Source: Vicinamibacterales bacterium
GTDB taxonomy: Bacteria > Acidobacteriota > Vicinamibacteria > Vicinamibacterales > UBA2999
Assembly: GCA_040081715.1 (NCBI GenBank)
Contig: JBEBFY010000008.1
Coordinates: 9,420-73,419 of the forward strand
Reading direction: 5' to 3'
DNA: 64,000 bases
Below the pieces are notes generated by a model. That model was given only the letters and a program-made list of their open reading frames with translations. It did no database searches and was not told the DNA's origin. The position numbers and the translations under genes are program-made. The first letter of the stretch is position 1, and every line of letters starts with the position of its first letter. Below, piece by piece: positions 55,140-64,000 of the stretch.

Positions 55140-58100
55140 GTTCCGGTGTGATGGTCTGCCTGAAGGGATTCAGGCGCCGCACGTGCTGACCGAAGCGCTC
55201 GAACGCCGGCCAGTGCTCGAAGTCGTCGAAGAGCGAGTAGAAGACGGGCACGGCGAGCAAGGTGAGGAGCAGGCACAGCGTCTGGCCGCCCACGACCAGC
55301 ACGCCGATGGACTTGTTGGCCGCGGACCCGGGGGCATTCGACAGCACCAGCGGGATCATGCCGGCCACGAGCGCGATGGTCGTCATCAGGATGGGCCGCA
55401 GCCGATCCCTGTTGGCCTGCAGGATCGCATCGTAGCGGGACAGCCCCTCCGCCCGGAGGCCGTTGGTGTGATCGATCTGCAGAATCGCGTTCTTCTTGAC
55501 GATGCCGAAGAGCAGCAGCAGGCCGAGGCCGGCGAACAGATTCACGGTCTGGCCGCCGATGAAGAGCGACAGGATGCCGAAGGGCACGGCCAGCGGCAGC
55601 GTCAGCAGAATGGTGATCGGGTGCACGAACGACTCGAACTGCGCCGCCAGCACGATATACATGAAGATGAACGACAGCGAGATGGCGATGATGAAGCCCT
55701 GCCCCGTTTTGGCCAGCTCCTCGGACATGCCGGTCGGCTCGGCCACGTAGCCCGGCGCCATCCCCATCTGCGCGATCTCCTGCTCCATCTGCGCGAGCAA
55801 CTCCGACTGCGACGCCCCCGCCGCCAGGTTGGCCGTGAAGGTCACCTGGCGTTCACGATTGATGCGTTCAATGGACGACGGTCCCGTGGTCGGCACAATC
55901 GTCACCACCTCCCCGAGGTCCACGGTGCCCCGCTTGGCCGAGGGCACGGTCATGCGCTGCACACCTTCGACGGTCGTGCGGAAGGTGTCCGCCGCCCGCA
56001 GGGTGACGTCGTACTGGTCTTCGCCGATGTCGAAGGTCGTGACGTTCTGGCCGCCGACGAGCACGTTCAGAGCCATGGCGACGTCCTGCACCCGCACACC
56101 TAAATCAGCCGCCCGCTGGCGGTTGATTTCGACCCGCAGTTCGGGCTTGCCATAGACCAGCGACGTCTCGACGTCCACGGCCAGCGGGTTCTTGCTGACC
56201 CGCGCGTAGAGCTCGTCCGCGTACTTGCCGAGCACGGCCAGATCCGGTCCGCGCATCGAGTACATCATGCCGGCGCCGCCACCGGGCCCGCCGAGCGACA
56301 TCACCGAGGTTCGGAGGTTGCCGGGATAGGTATCCAGCATCTGCCGGAAGCGGGCCATCATGTCGTTGTGGTCCGCGGTGCGTGTCTCCGGGGGCGTGAG
56401 CGCCACGGTGATCGACCCGATGTTGCCACTGGAGCTGCCGAGGTTGATCATCGGCCCCTGGCTGCCACCCCCGCCCGCCCCCACCGAGACCAAGGTGTCC
56501 TTGACCTCAGGGAGCTTGCGCAGGTCCGCTGAGATCCGCGCGAGGATGGTCGTCATAGCCGCCAGGCCCGTGCCCTCGGGCGCCCGGACGCTAATCGACA
56601 GCTTCGAGCGGTCCTCGTCAGGCGCGAAGTTCTTCCCGATGGCGCCAAACAGCGGCACGATGCTCGCGGTCACCAGCACGCACAGGGTGACGATCGCCCA
56701 CCGGTGCGCCATGGACCACCGCAGCATGGCCATATAGCCCCGCTCAATCGGCTTGAAGATCACCGAGTCCTTCGAGGTGTGATGCGCCTCGACGTCTTCC
56801 TTCCTCGGCGGCTTCACGAACCGCGACGTCAGCATCGGCGTCAGCGTGAACGACACCAGGAGCGACACGCCGACGGCGAACGCCGCCGTGAGGCCGAAGG
56901 ACGCCAGCACGCGGCCCACCACGCCACCCATGAAGGCCACGGGTATAAAGACGGCCATCAGCGACAGTGTGGTCGCCATGACGGCGAGGCCGATCTCCTT
57001 CGTGCCCTTGATCGCCGCTTCGTACGGGTCCATGCCCTTCTCTTCGATGTAGCGGAAGATGTTTTCCAGCACGATGATGGCGTCGTCGATGACGACGCCC
57101 ACCATCAGCGTCAGCGCGAGCATCGTCACCTGGTTGAGCGTGTAGCCCATCACCGACATCAGCGTGAAGGTCGAGATGATCGAGATGGGGATCGCAACGG
57201 CGGCGATGAGCGTGGTGCGGATGTTGGCGAGGAAGATGAAGATCACGACCGACGCCAGGATGCTGCCGAGGATCAGGTGCCCCTGGACGGCGTCGAGCGA
57301 CGCTTCGGTGAACAACGACTGGTCGTCGACCACATCGATCGTCATGTCTTTCGGCACCGTCGCGGTGATGCCGGCCAGACGCGCCTTGATCGCCCGTGCC
57401 ACGGTGACGGTGTTCTGCCCGGACTGCTTGCTGACGGTCAGCGTGACGGCTGGACGGCCGTTCAGGAAGGCCGCGGAACGCATTTCGACCTGGCTGTCCA
57501 CGGCGTCGCCGATGTCACCGAGACGCACGACGTAGTCGCCCCGGTTGCCGATGGCGATGCGGTTGAACTCGCTCGGGTCGGTGATCTTGCCCATCGTGCG
57601 CAGGGTGACTTCCCGGGCGCCCTGCTCCACGCGGCCCCCGGGGAGCGTCAGGTTCTGGGCGCGCAGCGCCGCGGTGACTTCAGGCACGGTGATGCCGTAG
57701 GCGCGCATCTTGTCCGGGTCGAGCCGCACCTGGATGGCGCGCTCGCTGCCGCCAACCATGCTGATCTGTCCGACGCCGCTGACGCTTTCGAGCCGCTCCT
57801 TGACTTCCTTCTCCGCGAAGCGCGTCACCTCGCGGAGCGGCCGCGACCCGGCGACCGCGATCTGCATCACGGGCTGCGCGCCCGGGTCCGCCTTCAGAAT
57901 AATCGGCGCCCTGGCCGTCTCCGGAAGCTGGCCGGCCAGCAGGTTGACCTTGTCGCGCACTTCCTGCGCGGCCACGTCGCCGTCCTTCTCGAGGACGAAG
58001 GTGACGATCACGGTCGACTGGCCTTCGCTGGACGTAGACCGCAGCTCGCTGATGCCGCTGATGGTGTTGACGGCGCCTTCGACCTTCTTGGTGATCTCGC

Positions 58101-58284
58101 TTTCGATCTGTTCCGCCGAGGCACCGGGGTTGGTCACGGTGACGGCCACGGTCGGGATGTCGATATTCGGGAAGAAGTCGACGCCGAGGCCGAAGAAGGA
58201 ATAGACGCCCATCACCGTCAACGACACGATGAGCATCGTGGCGAAGACGGGCCGCTTGACGCAGAGTTCAGCGAGCTTGTGCAT
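55129..58284 (-). CDS. RND efflux transporter permease (AcrB/HAE family)
   Basis: 1051 aa starting MHKLAELCVKRPVFATMLIVSL..., with 12 TM segments and two large periplasmic loops in the typical AcrB layout. Confidence 0.93.
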   Translation of the reverse strand: MHKLAELCVKRPVFATMLIVSLTVMGVYSFFGLGVDFFPNIDIPTVAVTVTNPGASAEQIESEITKKVEGAVNTISGISELRSTSSEGQSTVIVTFVLEKDGDVAAQEVRDKVNLLAGQLPETARAPIILKADPGAQPVMQIAVAGSRPLREVTRFAEKEVKERLESVSGVGQISMVGGSERAIQVRLDPDKMRAYGITVPEVTAALRAQNLTLPGGRVEQGAREVTLRTMGKITDPSEFNRIAIGNRGDYVVRLGDIGDAVDSQVEMRSAAFLNGRPAVTLTVSKQSGQNTVTVARAIKARLAGITATVPKDMTIDVVDDQSLFTEASLDAVQGHLILGSILASVVIFIFLANIRTTLIAAVAIPISIISTFTLMSVMGYTLNQVTMLALTLMVGVVIDDAIIVLENIFRYIEEKGMDPYEAAIKGTKEIGLAVMATTLSLMAVFIPVAFMGGVVGRVLASFGLTAAFAVGVSLLVSFTLTPMLTSRFVKPPRKEDVEAHHTSKDSVIFKPIERGYMAMLRWSMAHRWAIVTLCVLVTASIVPLFGAIGKNFAPDEDRSKLSISVRAPEGTGLAAMTTILARISADLRKLPEVKDTLVSVGAGGGGSQGPMINLGSSSGNIGSITVALTPPETRTADHNDMMARFRQMLDTYPGNLRTSVMSLGGPGGGAGMMYSMRGPDLAVLGKYADELYARVSKNPLAVDVETSLVYGKPELRVEINRQRAADLGVRVQDVAMALNVLVGGQNVTTFDIGEDQYDVTLRAADTFRTTVEGVQRMTVPSAKRGTVDLGEVVTIVPTTGPSSIERINRERQVTFTANLAAGASQSELLAQMEQEIAQMGMAPGYVAEPTGMSEELAKTGQGFIIAISLSFIFMYIVLAAQFESFVHPITILLTLPLAVPFGILSLFIGGQTVNLFAGLGLLLLFGIVKKNAILQIDHTNGLRAEGLSRYDAILQANRDRLRPILMTTIALVAGMIPLVLSNAPGSAANKSIGVLVVGGQTLCLLLTLLAVPVFYSLFDDFEHWPAFERFGQHVRRLNPFRQTITPEHAE

Positions 58285-59392
58285 GACTCGTTACCTTCAC
58301 GGGCGCGCCGTCAAAGAGCTTGTCGAGCGCGGTCGTGGCCACTGCGGCGCCGGCGGCAACCCCCGAGATCACCCGGCGCATGCCGTTCAACTCGTCGGCC
58401 ACCTGCACAACCTGCACATGCGCCTGGCCGCCCTCGATGATGTAGATGACCGACGCATCACCATTGGCGAGGCGCGCAACGGCCGCCGTGGGGACGAACA
58501 CCGCGGACTCGGTGGCCGGGAGCCGCACCTCGGCGCTGCCGAACATGCCGGGCGTGAGCTTGCTGTCGGCGTTCGGAAAGTGTGCCTCCACCGTCATCGC
58601 GCGGGAGTTCGGGTCGATAGCCACGTTCAACGCACCGACCGTGCCTTTGAACACCGCACCCTCGTGGGCCGGCACGGCCACTTCCACGGACATCCCCCTG
58701 CGCAGCCGCGCGGCGTCGGACTCGGGCACCTGCAGGTTCAACTTGATGGGCTGGATGCGCACGAGCGTCAGGAGCTTCACCGAGGTCGTCACATACTCGC
58801 CGACCGACGACGGCCGGGCGCTCACGTGGCCCGAGAACGGCGCGCGGATGACGGTGTCGTCCACGGCCTTTTCGGCGGCGGCCATCTGGGCCTTGACCTG
58901 GGCCACGGCGGCGTCCGCGATGGCCACCTGCGACGTCAACCGATCGAAGCTGCTGCGGGAGATGTCGCCGCTCTTCGCCAGGTCGGCGTTCCGCTGAAGC
59001 TCCTGCCTGGCCCGGGCCGCCTCCGCCTCGGCCTGCTGCAACGACGCCTGAACCTGGTTGAGCCGGATGCGCGCGTCGCGGTCGTCGAGCTTGACGATCA
59101 CAGCGCCAGCCTTCACGACATCACCGACCTGGGCCATCGTCTGCACGATCGTGCCGGCCACCTGCGGCGTCACGTCGGAGGACTCGTCGGGGATGAACGT
59201 GCCCGTCGCCCGGACCACCAGCGACACCTGGCGCTGCTCGGCCTCGGCGGTCTGCACATCGACGGGGGTGCCGGCGGACGCGGGCGCGGCGGCCGGTGCC
59301 GCCTTGGACTCAGGGGTGGACGCGGGCGTGCCGCAACCGGACAGCAGGACAAGGGCCGAGCTCACACACACGAAAAGCTGCTTCAGTCTCAT
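58268..59392 (-). CDS. RND efflux periplasmic adaptor (membrane fusion protein), lipoprotein
   Basis: ATG at 59392 gives MRLKQLFVCVSSALVLLSGCG (lipobox), followed by coiled-coil and barrel motifs of the HlyD_D23 type. Confidence 0.85.
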   Translation of the reverse strand: MRLKQLFVCVSSALVLLSGCGTPASTPESKAAPAAAPASAGTPVDVQTAEAEQRQVSLVVRATGTFIPDESSDVTPQVAGTIVQTMAQVGDVVKAGAVIVKLDDRDARIRLNQVQASLQQAEAEAARARQELQRNADLAKSGDISRSSFDRLTSQVAIADAAVAQVKAQMAAAEKAVDDTVIRAPFSGHVSARPSSVGEYVTTSVKLLTLVRIQPIKLNLQVPESDAARLRRGMSVEVAVPAHEGAVFKGTVGALNVAIDPNSRAMTVEAHFPNADSKLTPGMFGSAEVRLPATESAVFVPTAAVARLANGDASVIYIIEGGQAHVQVVQVADELNGMRRVISGVAAGAAVATTALDKLFDGAPVKVTSHAQAR

Positions 59393-59577
59393 TCGAACCT
59401 GGGAACGAGGGACACTCGGGGTGCCGGCGGGACGTCCGCTGGCGCAGTTAGATTGACGACGGGGGCGGGGCCGAAGTTTCACAAGGCCCGCGTCTGCATG
59501 ATTTTAGCGCGTCCCGGGGGCCCGCCCGAATGCGCCTGACAGTGTCGGGCGGCGATTCCTGTTTGGGGGCCGGAATT

Positions 59578-60735
59578 TCAGCCCAGAAGGGCGTCCCGGG
59601 CCGCCACAACCAGGTCCTGAGCCTCGGCGGCGCTTCCGGCCAGCGCCGTCAGGTGACCCATCTTCCGGCCGGGGCGCGGGAGCGTCTTGCCATACAGGTG
59701 GAGCTTCACGTCGCGGAACCGCAGCGCCGCGGCCCAGTTGGGCTCCCCGTCCTGCCAGAGATCCCCGAGCAGGTTGGCCATCGCGGCCGGGCGCACCAGT
59801 GCGGGGTTGCCCAGGGGCAGCCCGCACACCGCCCGCACCTGCTGCTCGAACTGGCTCGTGACCGCAGCGTCGAAGGTCAGGTGGCCGGAGTTGTGGGGGC
59901 GGGGTGCCAGCTCGTTCACCACAAGCTCCCCGTCCGTGGTCACGAAGAACTCCACGCAGAGCACGCCGACGTACTGGAGCGCGTCCAGGATGCCACGTAC
60001 GATCTCGGCGGCCCGGGCGGCGATCGGCGCAGGCACGGCGGCCGGCGCCGTGGTTACGTCGAGGATGTGGTTGCTGTGCCGGTTCTCGAAGGGCACGTAC
60101 TCCGCCGTGTACCCATCCAGGCCCCGTGCGGCGATGACCGATATCTCGGCCTGGAGGCTGACGAACTTCTCGACGACGACCACCTGCCCGCCCACTGCTT
60201 CCCAGACAGGCGGAATCTCCGAGGCGGCGCGGATTTTGTGCTGCCCCTTGCCGTCGTAGCCGAACGCCGCGGTCTTGATGACGGCCGGCGTGCCGACCTT
60301 CGCCACGGCGGCCTCGAGCTCGGCCAGTGTCGCCGCGGACGCAAACGGCACGGTGGGAAAACCGTGTGCCTGCAGGAACTGCTTCTCGCGGATCCGGTGC
60401 TGGGTGATGAACAACGCCCCGGCTCCCGGCCGGACGGGGACGCACTGCTCCACGGCACGGATCGCCTCGACGGGCACGTTCTCGAACTCCAGGGTGACAA
60501 CCTGCACCGCCTGGGCAAACCGGCCCAGCGCCTCGAGGTCGTCGTAGCCGGCTGTGACTTCCACGTCGGCCACCTGGCCGGTCGGCGTGTCGTCGTCGGG
60601 CGACAGCGTGTGCACCCGATAGCCCATGCGCCTGGCGGCAATGGCGAACATGCGGCCAAGCTGGCCGCTGCCCAGGACCCCGATCGTGGCACCGGGCGGG
60701 ATAATCCTGTCCGCCACGGCGGCCCCGCCGGTCAC
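59578..60735 (-). CDS. purK: N5-carboxyaminoimidazole ribonucleotide synthase
   Basis: [18 protein letters not shown]... and an ATP-grasp domain. It overlaps the purE stop. Confidence 0.92.
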   Translation of the reverse strand: MTGGAAVADRIIPPGATIGVLGSGQLGRMFAIAARRMGYRVHTLSPDDDTPTGQVADVEVTAGYDDLEALGRFAQAVQVVTLEFENVPVEAIRAVEQCVPVRPGAGALFITQHRIREKQFLQAHGFPTVPFASAATLAELEAAVAKVGTPAVIKTAAFGYDGKGQHKIRAASEIPPVWEAVGGQVVVVEKFVSLQAEISVIAARGLDGYTAEYVPFENRHSNHILDVTTAPAAVPAPIAARAAEIVRGILDALQYVGVLCVEFFVTTDGELVVNELAPRPHNSGHLTFDAAVTSQFEQQVRAVCGLPLGNPALVRPAAMANLLGDLWQDGEPNWAAALRFRDVKLHLYGKTLPRPGRKMGHLTALAGSAAEAQDLVVAARDALLG

Positions 60736-61232
60736 GGGAGCGAGTCCTGCCGGATCTTCTCGGTCTGCTCGGCGCGGAAGGCGCGGATCTGCTCGCGCAG
60801 CTCGGGACGGCTGTTGGCGAGGATCGAGACCGCCAGCAACCCGGCGTTAGTCGCCCCGGCCTTGCCGATAGCCAGCGTGGCCACGGGCACGCCCGCGGGC
60901 ATCTGGACAATCGAGAGCAGCGAATCGAGCCCGTTGAGCGCCGCGCTCTGCACAGGCACGCCGAGCACGGGCAGGGTGGTGTGGGCTGCCACCATGCCTG
61001 GCAGGTGCGCCGCGCCGCCGGCGCCCGCGATGATGACTTCAAGCCCGCGCGTCTCGGCCGTCATCGCGAACTCCGCCATCCACACGGGCGTCCGATGCGC
61101 GGAAACGATGTGCCGCTCGCACGGGACACCGAAGCGCTCGAGGGCGTCCACGGCGTGGCGCATGGTGTCCCAGTCGGACGATGACCCCATGATGACGGCG
61201 ACCAGCGGCGCGGGCGAGGACGGGTGCGTCAT
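60732..61232 (-). CDS. purE: N5-carboxyaminoimidazole ribonucleotide mutase
   Basis: ATG at 61232 is followed by [13 protein letters not shown]...SAHRTP...[24 protein letters not shown]. Confidence 0.93.
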   Translation of the reverse strand: MTHPSSPAPLVAVIMGSSSDWDTMRHAVDALERFGVPCERHIVSAHRTPVWMAEFAMTAETRGLEVIIAGAGGAAHLPGMVAAHTTLPVLGVPVQSAALNGLDSLLSIVQMPAGVPVATLAIGKAGATNAGLLAVSILANSRPELREQIRAFRAEQTEKIRQDSLP

Positions 61233-61266
61233 GGAAGGAAGGATTGTACCCGTGTAGAGTGACGCC

Positions 61267-62655
61267 ATGCGCGCGTGTTTGCACATGATTTCCACTCACC
61301 GGCGGCATCTGACGACGCTCGTGGCGCTGGTGGCACTGCTGCCCACGGCCGGATCCCGTCTCGCAGCCCAGGCACCCACAGCCCTCACGGTTCCCTACCG
61401 TCTCTTCACGCTCGATAACGGCCTCACCGTGATCCTCCATCGGGACACCTCCGTGCCGGTGGTTTCGGTGAACGCGTGGTACCGGGTGGGCTCGGCCAAC
61501 GAGAAGCCCGGCCGCACGGGATTCGCCCACCTCTTCGAGCACCTGATGTTCGAGGGCTCGAAGCACGTCAAGGACGGCGAGTTCGACGGCCTTCTGGAAG
61601 CCGCCGGTGGCAGCAACAACGGCACCACCACGAACGACCGCACCGACTACTACGAGGACGTCCCGTCCAACGCGCTCGAGCTTGCGCTCTTCCTCGAGTC
61701 GGACCGCATGGGGTATCTGCTCGAGACGATGTCGCCCGAGCGGGTGAACGGGCAGCGCGACGTGGTGAAGAACGAGAAGCGGCAGCAGGTGGACAACCAG
61801 CCCTACGGCAAGGCGTCCGAGGCCATCGACGCGCTCCTCTTCCCGCCCGGCCATCCCTACAGCTGGCAGGTCATCGGGTCCATGGATGACCTCTCGGCCG
61901 CCAGCTACGCGGACGTGGTGGAGTTCTTCAAGACGTACTACGCCCCGGGCAACGCCAGCCTGGTGGTGGCCGGCGACATCGACCTGGACCGCGCGCAGGC
62001 CCTGGTCACGAAGTGGTTCTCGGAGATCCCGAAAGGTGCGGCGGTCGAGCCCCTCACCGTGCCGCAGCCCGTGCTCACCGAGGTGAAGCGGAAGACGATC
62101 GCGGACAAGGTCCAGCTCCCGCGACTCTATCTGGCGTGGCTTTCCCCGAAGGAATACGCGCCGGACGATGCCGCACTGACCATTGCGGCGCAGATCCTCT
62201 CCGGCGGCAAGGGTGCGCGGCTCGATCGCCGCCTGGTGCATGACACCCAGACCGCGCAGGAGGTCTTTGCCTACCAGGGCGGCATGGCGCTGGCCGGCAC
62301 ATTCCAGATCGTGGCCACGGCCCGGCCAGGCAAGACCATCGCGGAGCTGCAGACCGCGATCGACGACGAGGTCGATCGCCTCCGCCGCACGCCACCCGAG
62401 ACCGCCGAGATCGAGCGCGCCGTCAACGCGATCGACGCGCAGTTCTACCGGGCGATGGAGCGCGTGGGCAGCTACCGGGGCAAGGCGCTGCAATTGAACC
62501 AGTACTTCAACGCCGTCGGTGAGCCCGACTACTTCGCGAAGGACCTGGCCCGCTACCGCGCCGTGACGCCGGCCGACGTGCAGGCCGCCATCGTGAAGCA
62601 CCTTCCGAAGGACCGCCGCGTGGAGCTGGTGGTGGAGCCGGAGACGGGGCAATGA
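61267..62655 (+). CDS. M16 (pitrilysin/insulinase) family zinc peptidase, active-site subunit
   Basis: Signal peptide and the inverted zinc motif [10 protein letters not shown] followed by a downstream E. Confidence 0.9.
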   Translation: MRACLHMISTHRRHLTTLVALVALLPTAGSRLAAQAPTALTVPYRLFTLDNGLTVILHRDTSVPVVSVNAWYRVGSANEKPGRTGFAHLFEHLMFEGSKHVKDGEFDGLLEAAGGSNNGTTTNDRTDYYEDVPSNALELALFLESDRMGYLLETMSPERVNGQRDVVKNEKRQQVDNQPYGKASEAIDALLFPPGHPYSWQVIGSMDDLSAASYADVVEFFKTYYAPGNASLVVAGDIDLDRAQALVTKWFSEIPKGAAVEPLTVPQPVLTEVKRKTIADKVQLPRLYLAWLSPKEYAPDDAALTIAAQILSGGKGARLDRRLVHDTQTAQEVFAYQGGMALAGTFQIVATARPGKTIAELQTAIDDEVDRLRRTPPETAEIERAVNAIDAQFYRAMERVGSYRGKALQLNQYFNAVGEPDYFAKDLARYRAVTPADVQAAIVKHLPKDRRVELVVEPETGQ

Positions 62656-64000
62656 CGCGGCACCTGCGACTCGGAGCCCTGTTGCTCTCGCTCGGACTCG
62701 CCGCCGCGGTCGTCAACGGTGCGCAGGCACCTGACCGGACAGCACCAGACCGGACAACGCCGCCCGTTCCCGGCCCGCCCCCCGCACTGAAGGTTCCGGC
62801 GATCCAGAAACGGACGCTCACCAACGGCGTGCCCGTCTGGATCATGGAGTCGCACGAGGTCCCGCTCGTCCAGGTGAACCTCGTGGTGCTGGCCGGGAGC
62901 GCCGACGACCCGGCCGGACAGTTCGGCCTCGCGAACCTGACCGCCACGATGCTCGACGAGGGTGCGGGTTCTCGATCCTCTATTGAGATTGCCGACACGA
63001 TTGACGGGCTTGGCGCCACGCTTGCCGCAGCCAGCGCGGTGGACTCATCAGGCGTGCGGCTCAACGTGCCCGTCGGCAAGCTGACGGCCGCGTTGCCCGT
63101 GATGGCGGATGTGGCGTTGCGGCCGAGGTTCCCTCCGGCCGACCTGGAGCGCGTGCGTCAGGAACGCCTCACCTCACTGCTGCAGGCCAGGGACGAAGCC
63201 GCCTCGCTTGCGGCCCTGGCGTTCTCACGGGCCGTGTTCGGTCCAACGCACCGCTACGGCACCGGCACGATGGGCACAGCGGCCAACGTGAAGGCCTTCA
63301 CCCGCGAAGACCTTGTGGCGTTCCACTCGACTCGCTACGTGCCGGCCAGGGCCGCGTTCCTTGTCGTCGGCGACGTGAAGCCCGAGACGCTGATGCCGCT
63401 CCTGCAGCAGCACTTTGGCACCTGGGCCGGCAAGGGCGCGCCCCGAGCCTCCCTGCCCGTTCCACCGCAGGTCGCGAAGCGCCGCGTGGTCATCGTGGAC
63501 AAGCCCGGCGCCCCGCAATCACAGATCCGGATCGGCTGGGTGGGCGTGCCGCGGTCCACGGCGGACTTCTTCCCGCTCGAGGTGATGAACACGATGCTGG
63601 GCGGATCCTTCACCTCCAGGCTGAACGCCAACCTGCGCGAGGAGCACGGCTACAGCTACGGCGCGTACTCGGCCTTCGACATGCGGCGCGTGGCTGGGTA
63701 CTTCTCGGCCCAGGCAGGCGTGCAGACGGACAAGACCGCCGAGGCCGTGAAGGAATTCTTCAACGAGTTCGCGCACATCACCACGTTCGAGTCAGCCGAG
63801 TTGACGCGCACGAAGAACAACATCGCGCTTGGCTACCCCGCGGAGTTCGAGACGTCGACCCAACTGTCCCGGAAGCTGGAGGACGTGCTGGTGCACCGCC
63901 TCGCTGACGACTACTTCGACCGCTACATCGGTCGCGTGCAGGCCGTCACGGGCGAGCAGGTGCAGAAGGCAGCGCTCCGCCACCTGGACGCGTCACGCTT
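62652..64000 (+). CDS. M16 family peptidase-like protein (no HxxEH seen), 3' end outside window
   Basis: ATG at 62652 overlaps the upstream stop. My own translation shows a signal peptide and the M16 fold pattern (...LANLTATMLDEGAGSRS..., ...LREEHGYSYGAYS...). The ORF is absent from the track because it has no stop in the window. Printed coordinates beyond 63900 are shifted by one (see the rejected note). Confidence 0.8.
   Translation, partial: MTRHLRLGALLLSLGLAAAVVNGAQAPDRTAPDRTTPPVPGPPPALKVPAIQKRTLTNGVPVWIMESHEVPLVQVNLVVLAGSADDPAGQFGLANLTATMLDEGAGSRSSIEIADTIDGLGATLAAASAVDSSGVRLNVPVGKLTAALPVMADVALRPRFPPADLERVRQERLTSLLQARDEAASLAALAFSRAVFGPTHRYGTGTMGTAANVKAFTREDLVAFHSTRYVPARAAFLVVGDVKPETLMPLLQQHFGTWAGKGAPRASLPVPPQVAKRRVVIVDKPGAPQSQIRIGWVGVPRSTADFFPLEVMNTMLGGSFTSRLNANLREEHGYSYGAYSAFDMRRVAGYFSAQAGVQTDKTAEAVKEFFNEFAHITTFESAELTRTKNNIALGYPAEFETSTQLSRKLEDVLVHRLADDYFDRYIGRVQAVTGEQVQKAALRHLDASR

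Noticed and set aside
63897-63908. Apparent frameshift and premature TGA in the second M16 peptidase. The printed text reads CACCGCC|CTCGCTGA across the 63900/63901 line break.
   Set aside because: The printed sequence has 64001 characters for a 64000-base window. The track ORF 63792..63983(-) and its translation (..SEAVHQ..) fit only if one C at the 63900/63901 line break is removed. Track coordinates agree with the print up to 63794 and are off by one after the break. I treat it as a formatting duplication, not biology; the ORF then runs off the window in frame.

Overview
High-GC (about two-thirds G+C by eye), densely coded bacterial chromosomal segment with no rRNA, tRNA or CRISPR array that I could see. 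The gene content suggests an Acidobacteriota-like genome (inference only): CarboxypepD_reg-type TonB-dependent receptor, DUF1592/DUF1552 and DUF1800/DUF1501 pairs, Reg_prop sensor kinase. Left to right, with strand in brackets: a 4-gene (+) cluster (PPDK_N domain protein, MFS, DinB/YfiT, solitary BMC-H shell protein); MerR, pterin dehydratase and ThiO-like oxidase (-); sixA; metK behind a terminator-containing leader; a 14-kb same-strand (-) block (sensor kinase, NarL-type regulator, DUF1592, DUF1552, ankyrin protein, TonB-dependent receptor, PQQ dehydrogenase); a translationally coupled hisIGDCBHFA operon preceded by a His-rich mini-ORF plus terminator; a 4.2-kb mosaic islet at the hisA 3' end, bracketed by a duplicated hisA tail and holding three IS91-like end repeats and several gene fragments; two MFS/DinB genes; two toxin-antitoxin pairs; the DUF1800/DUF1501 pair; ada; a penicillin-acylase family gene; an orphan beta-class DNA methyltransferase; tandem NHL propeller paralogues; an RND efflux operon; purEK; and two M16 peptidases (the last runs off the window). 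Most notable findings: the candidate his leader-peptide attenuator, the metK leader with mutually exclusive helices, the orphan BMC-H gene, the hisA-targeted mosaic islet with IS91-like oriIS repeats, and the two-component-linked exported PQQ/TonB/DUF1592 cluster. All functional calls rest on by-eye recognition of family signatures; no database search was run.
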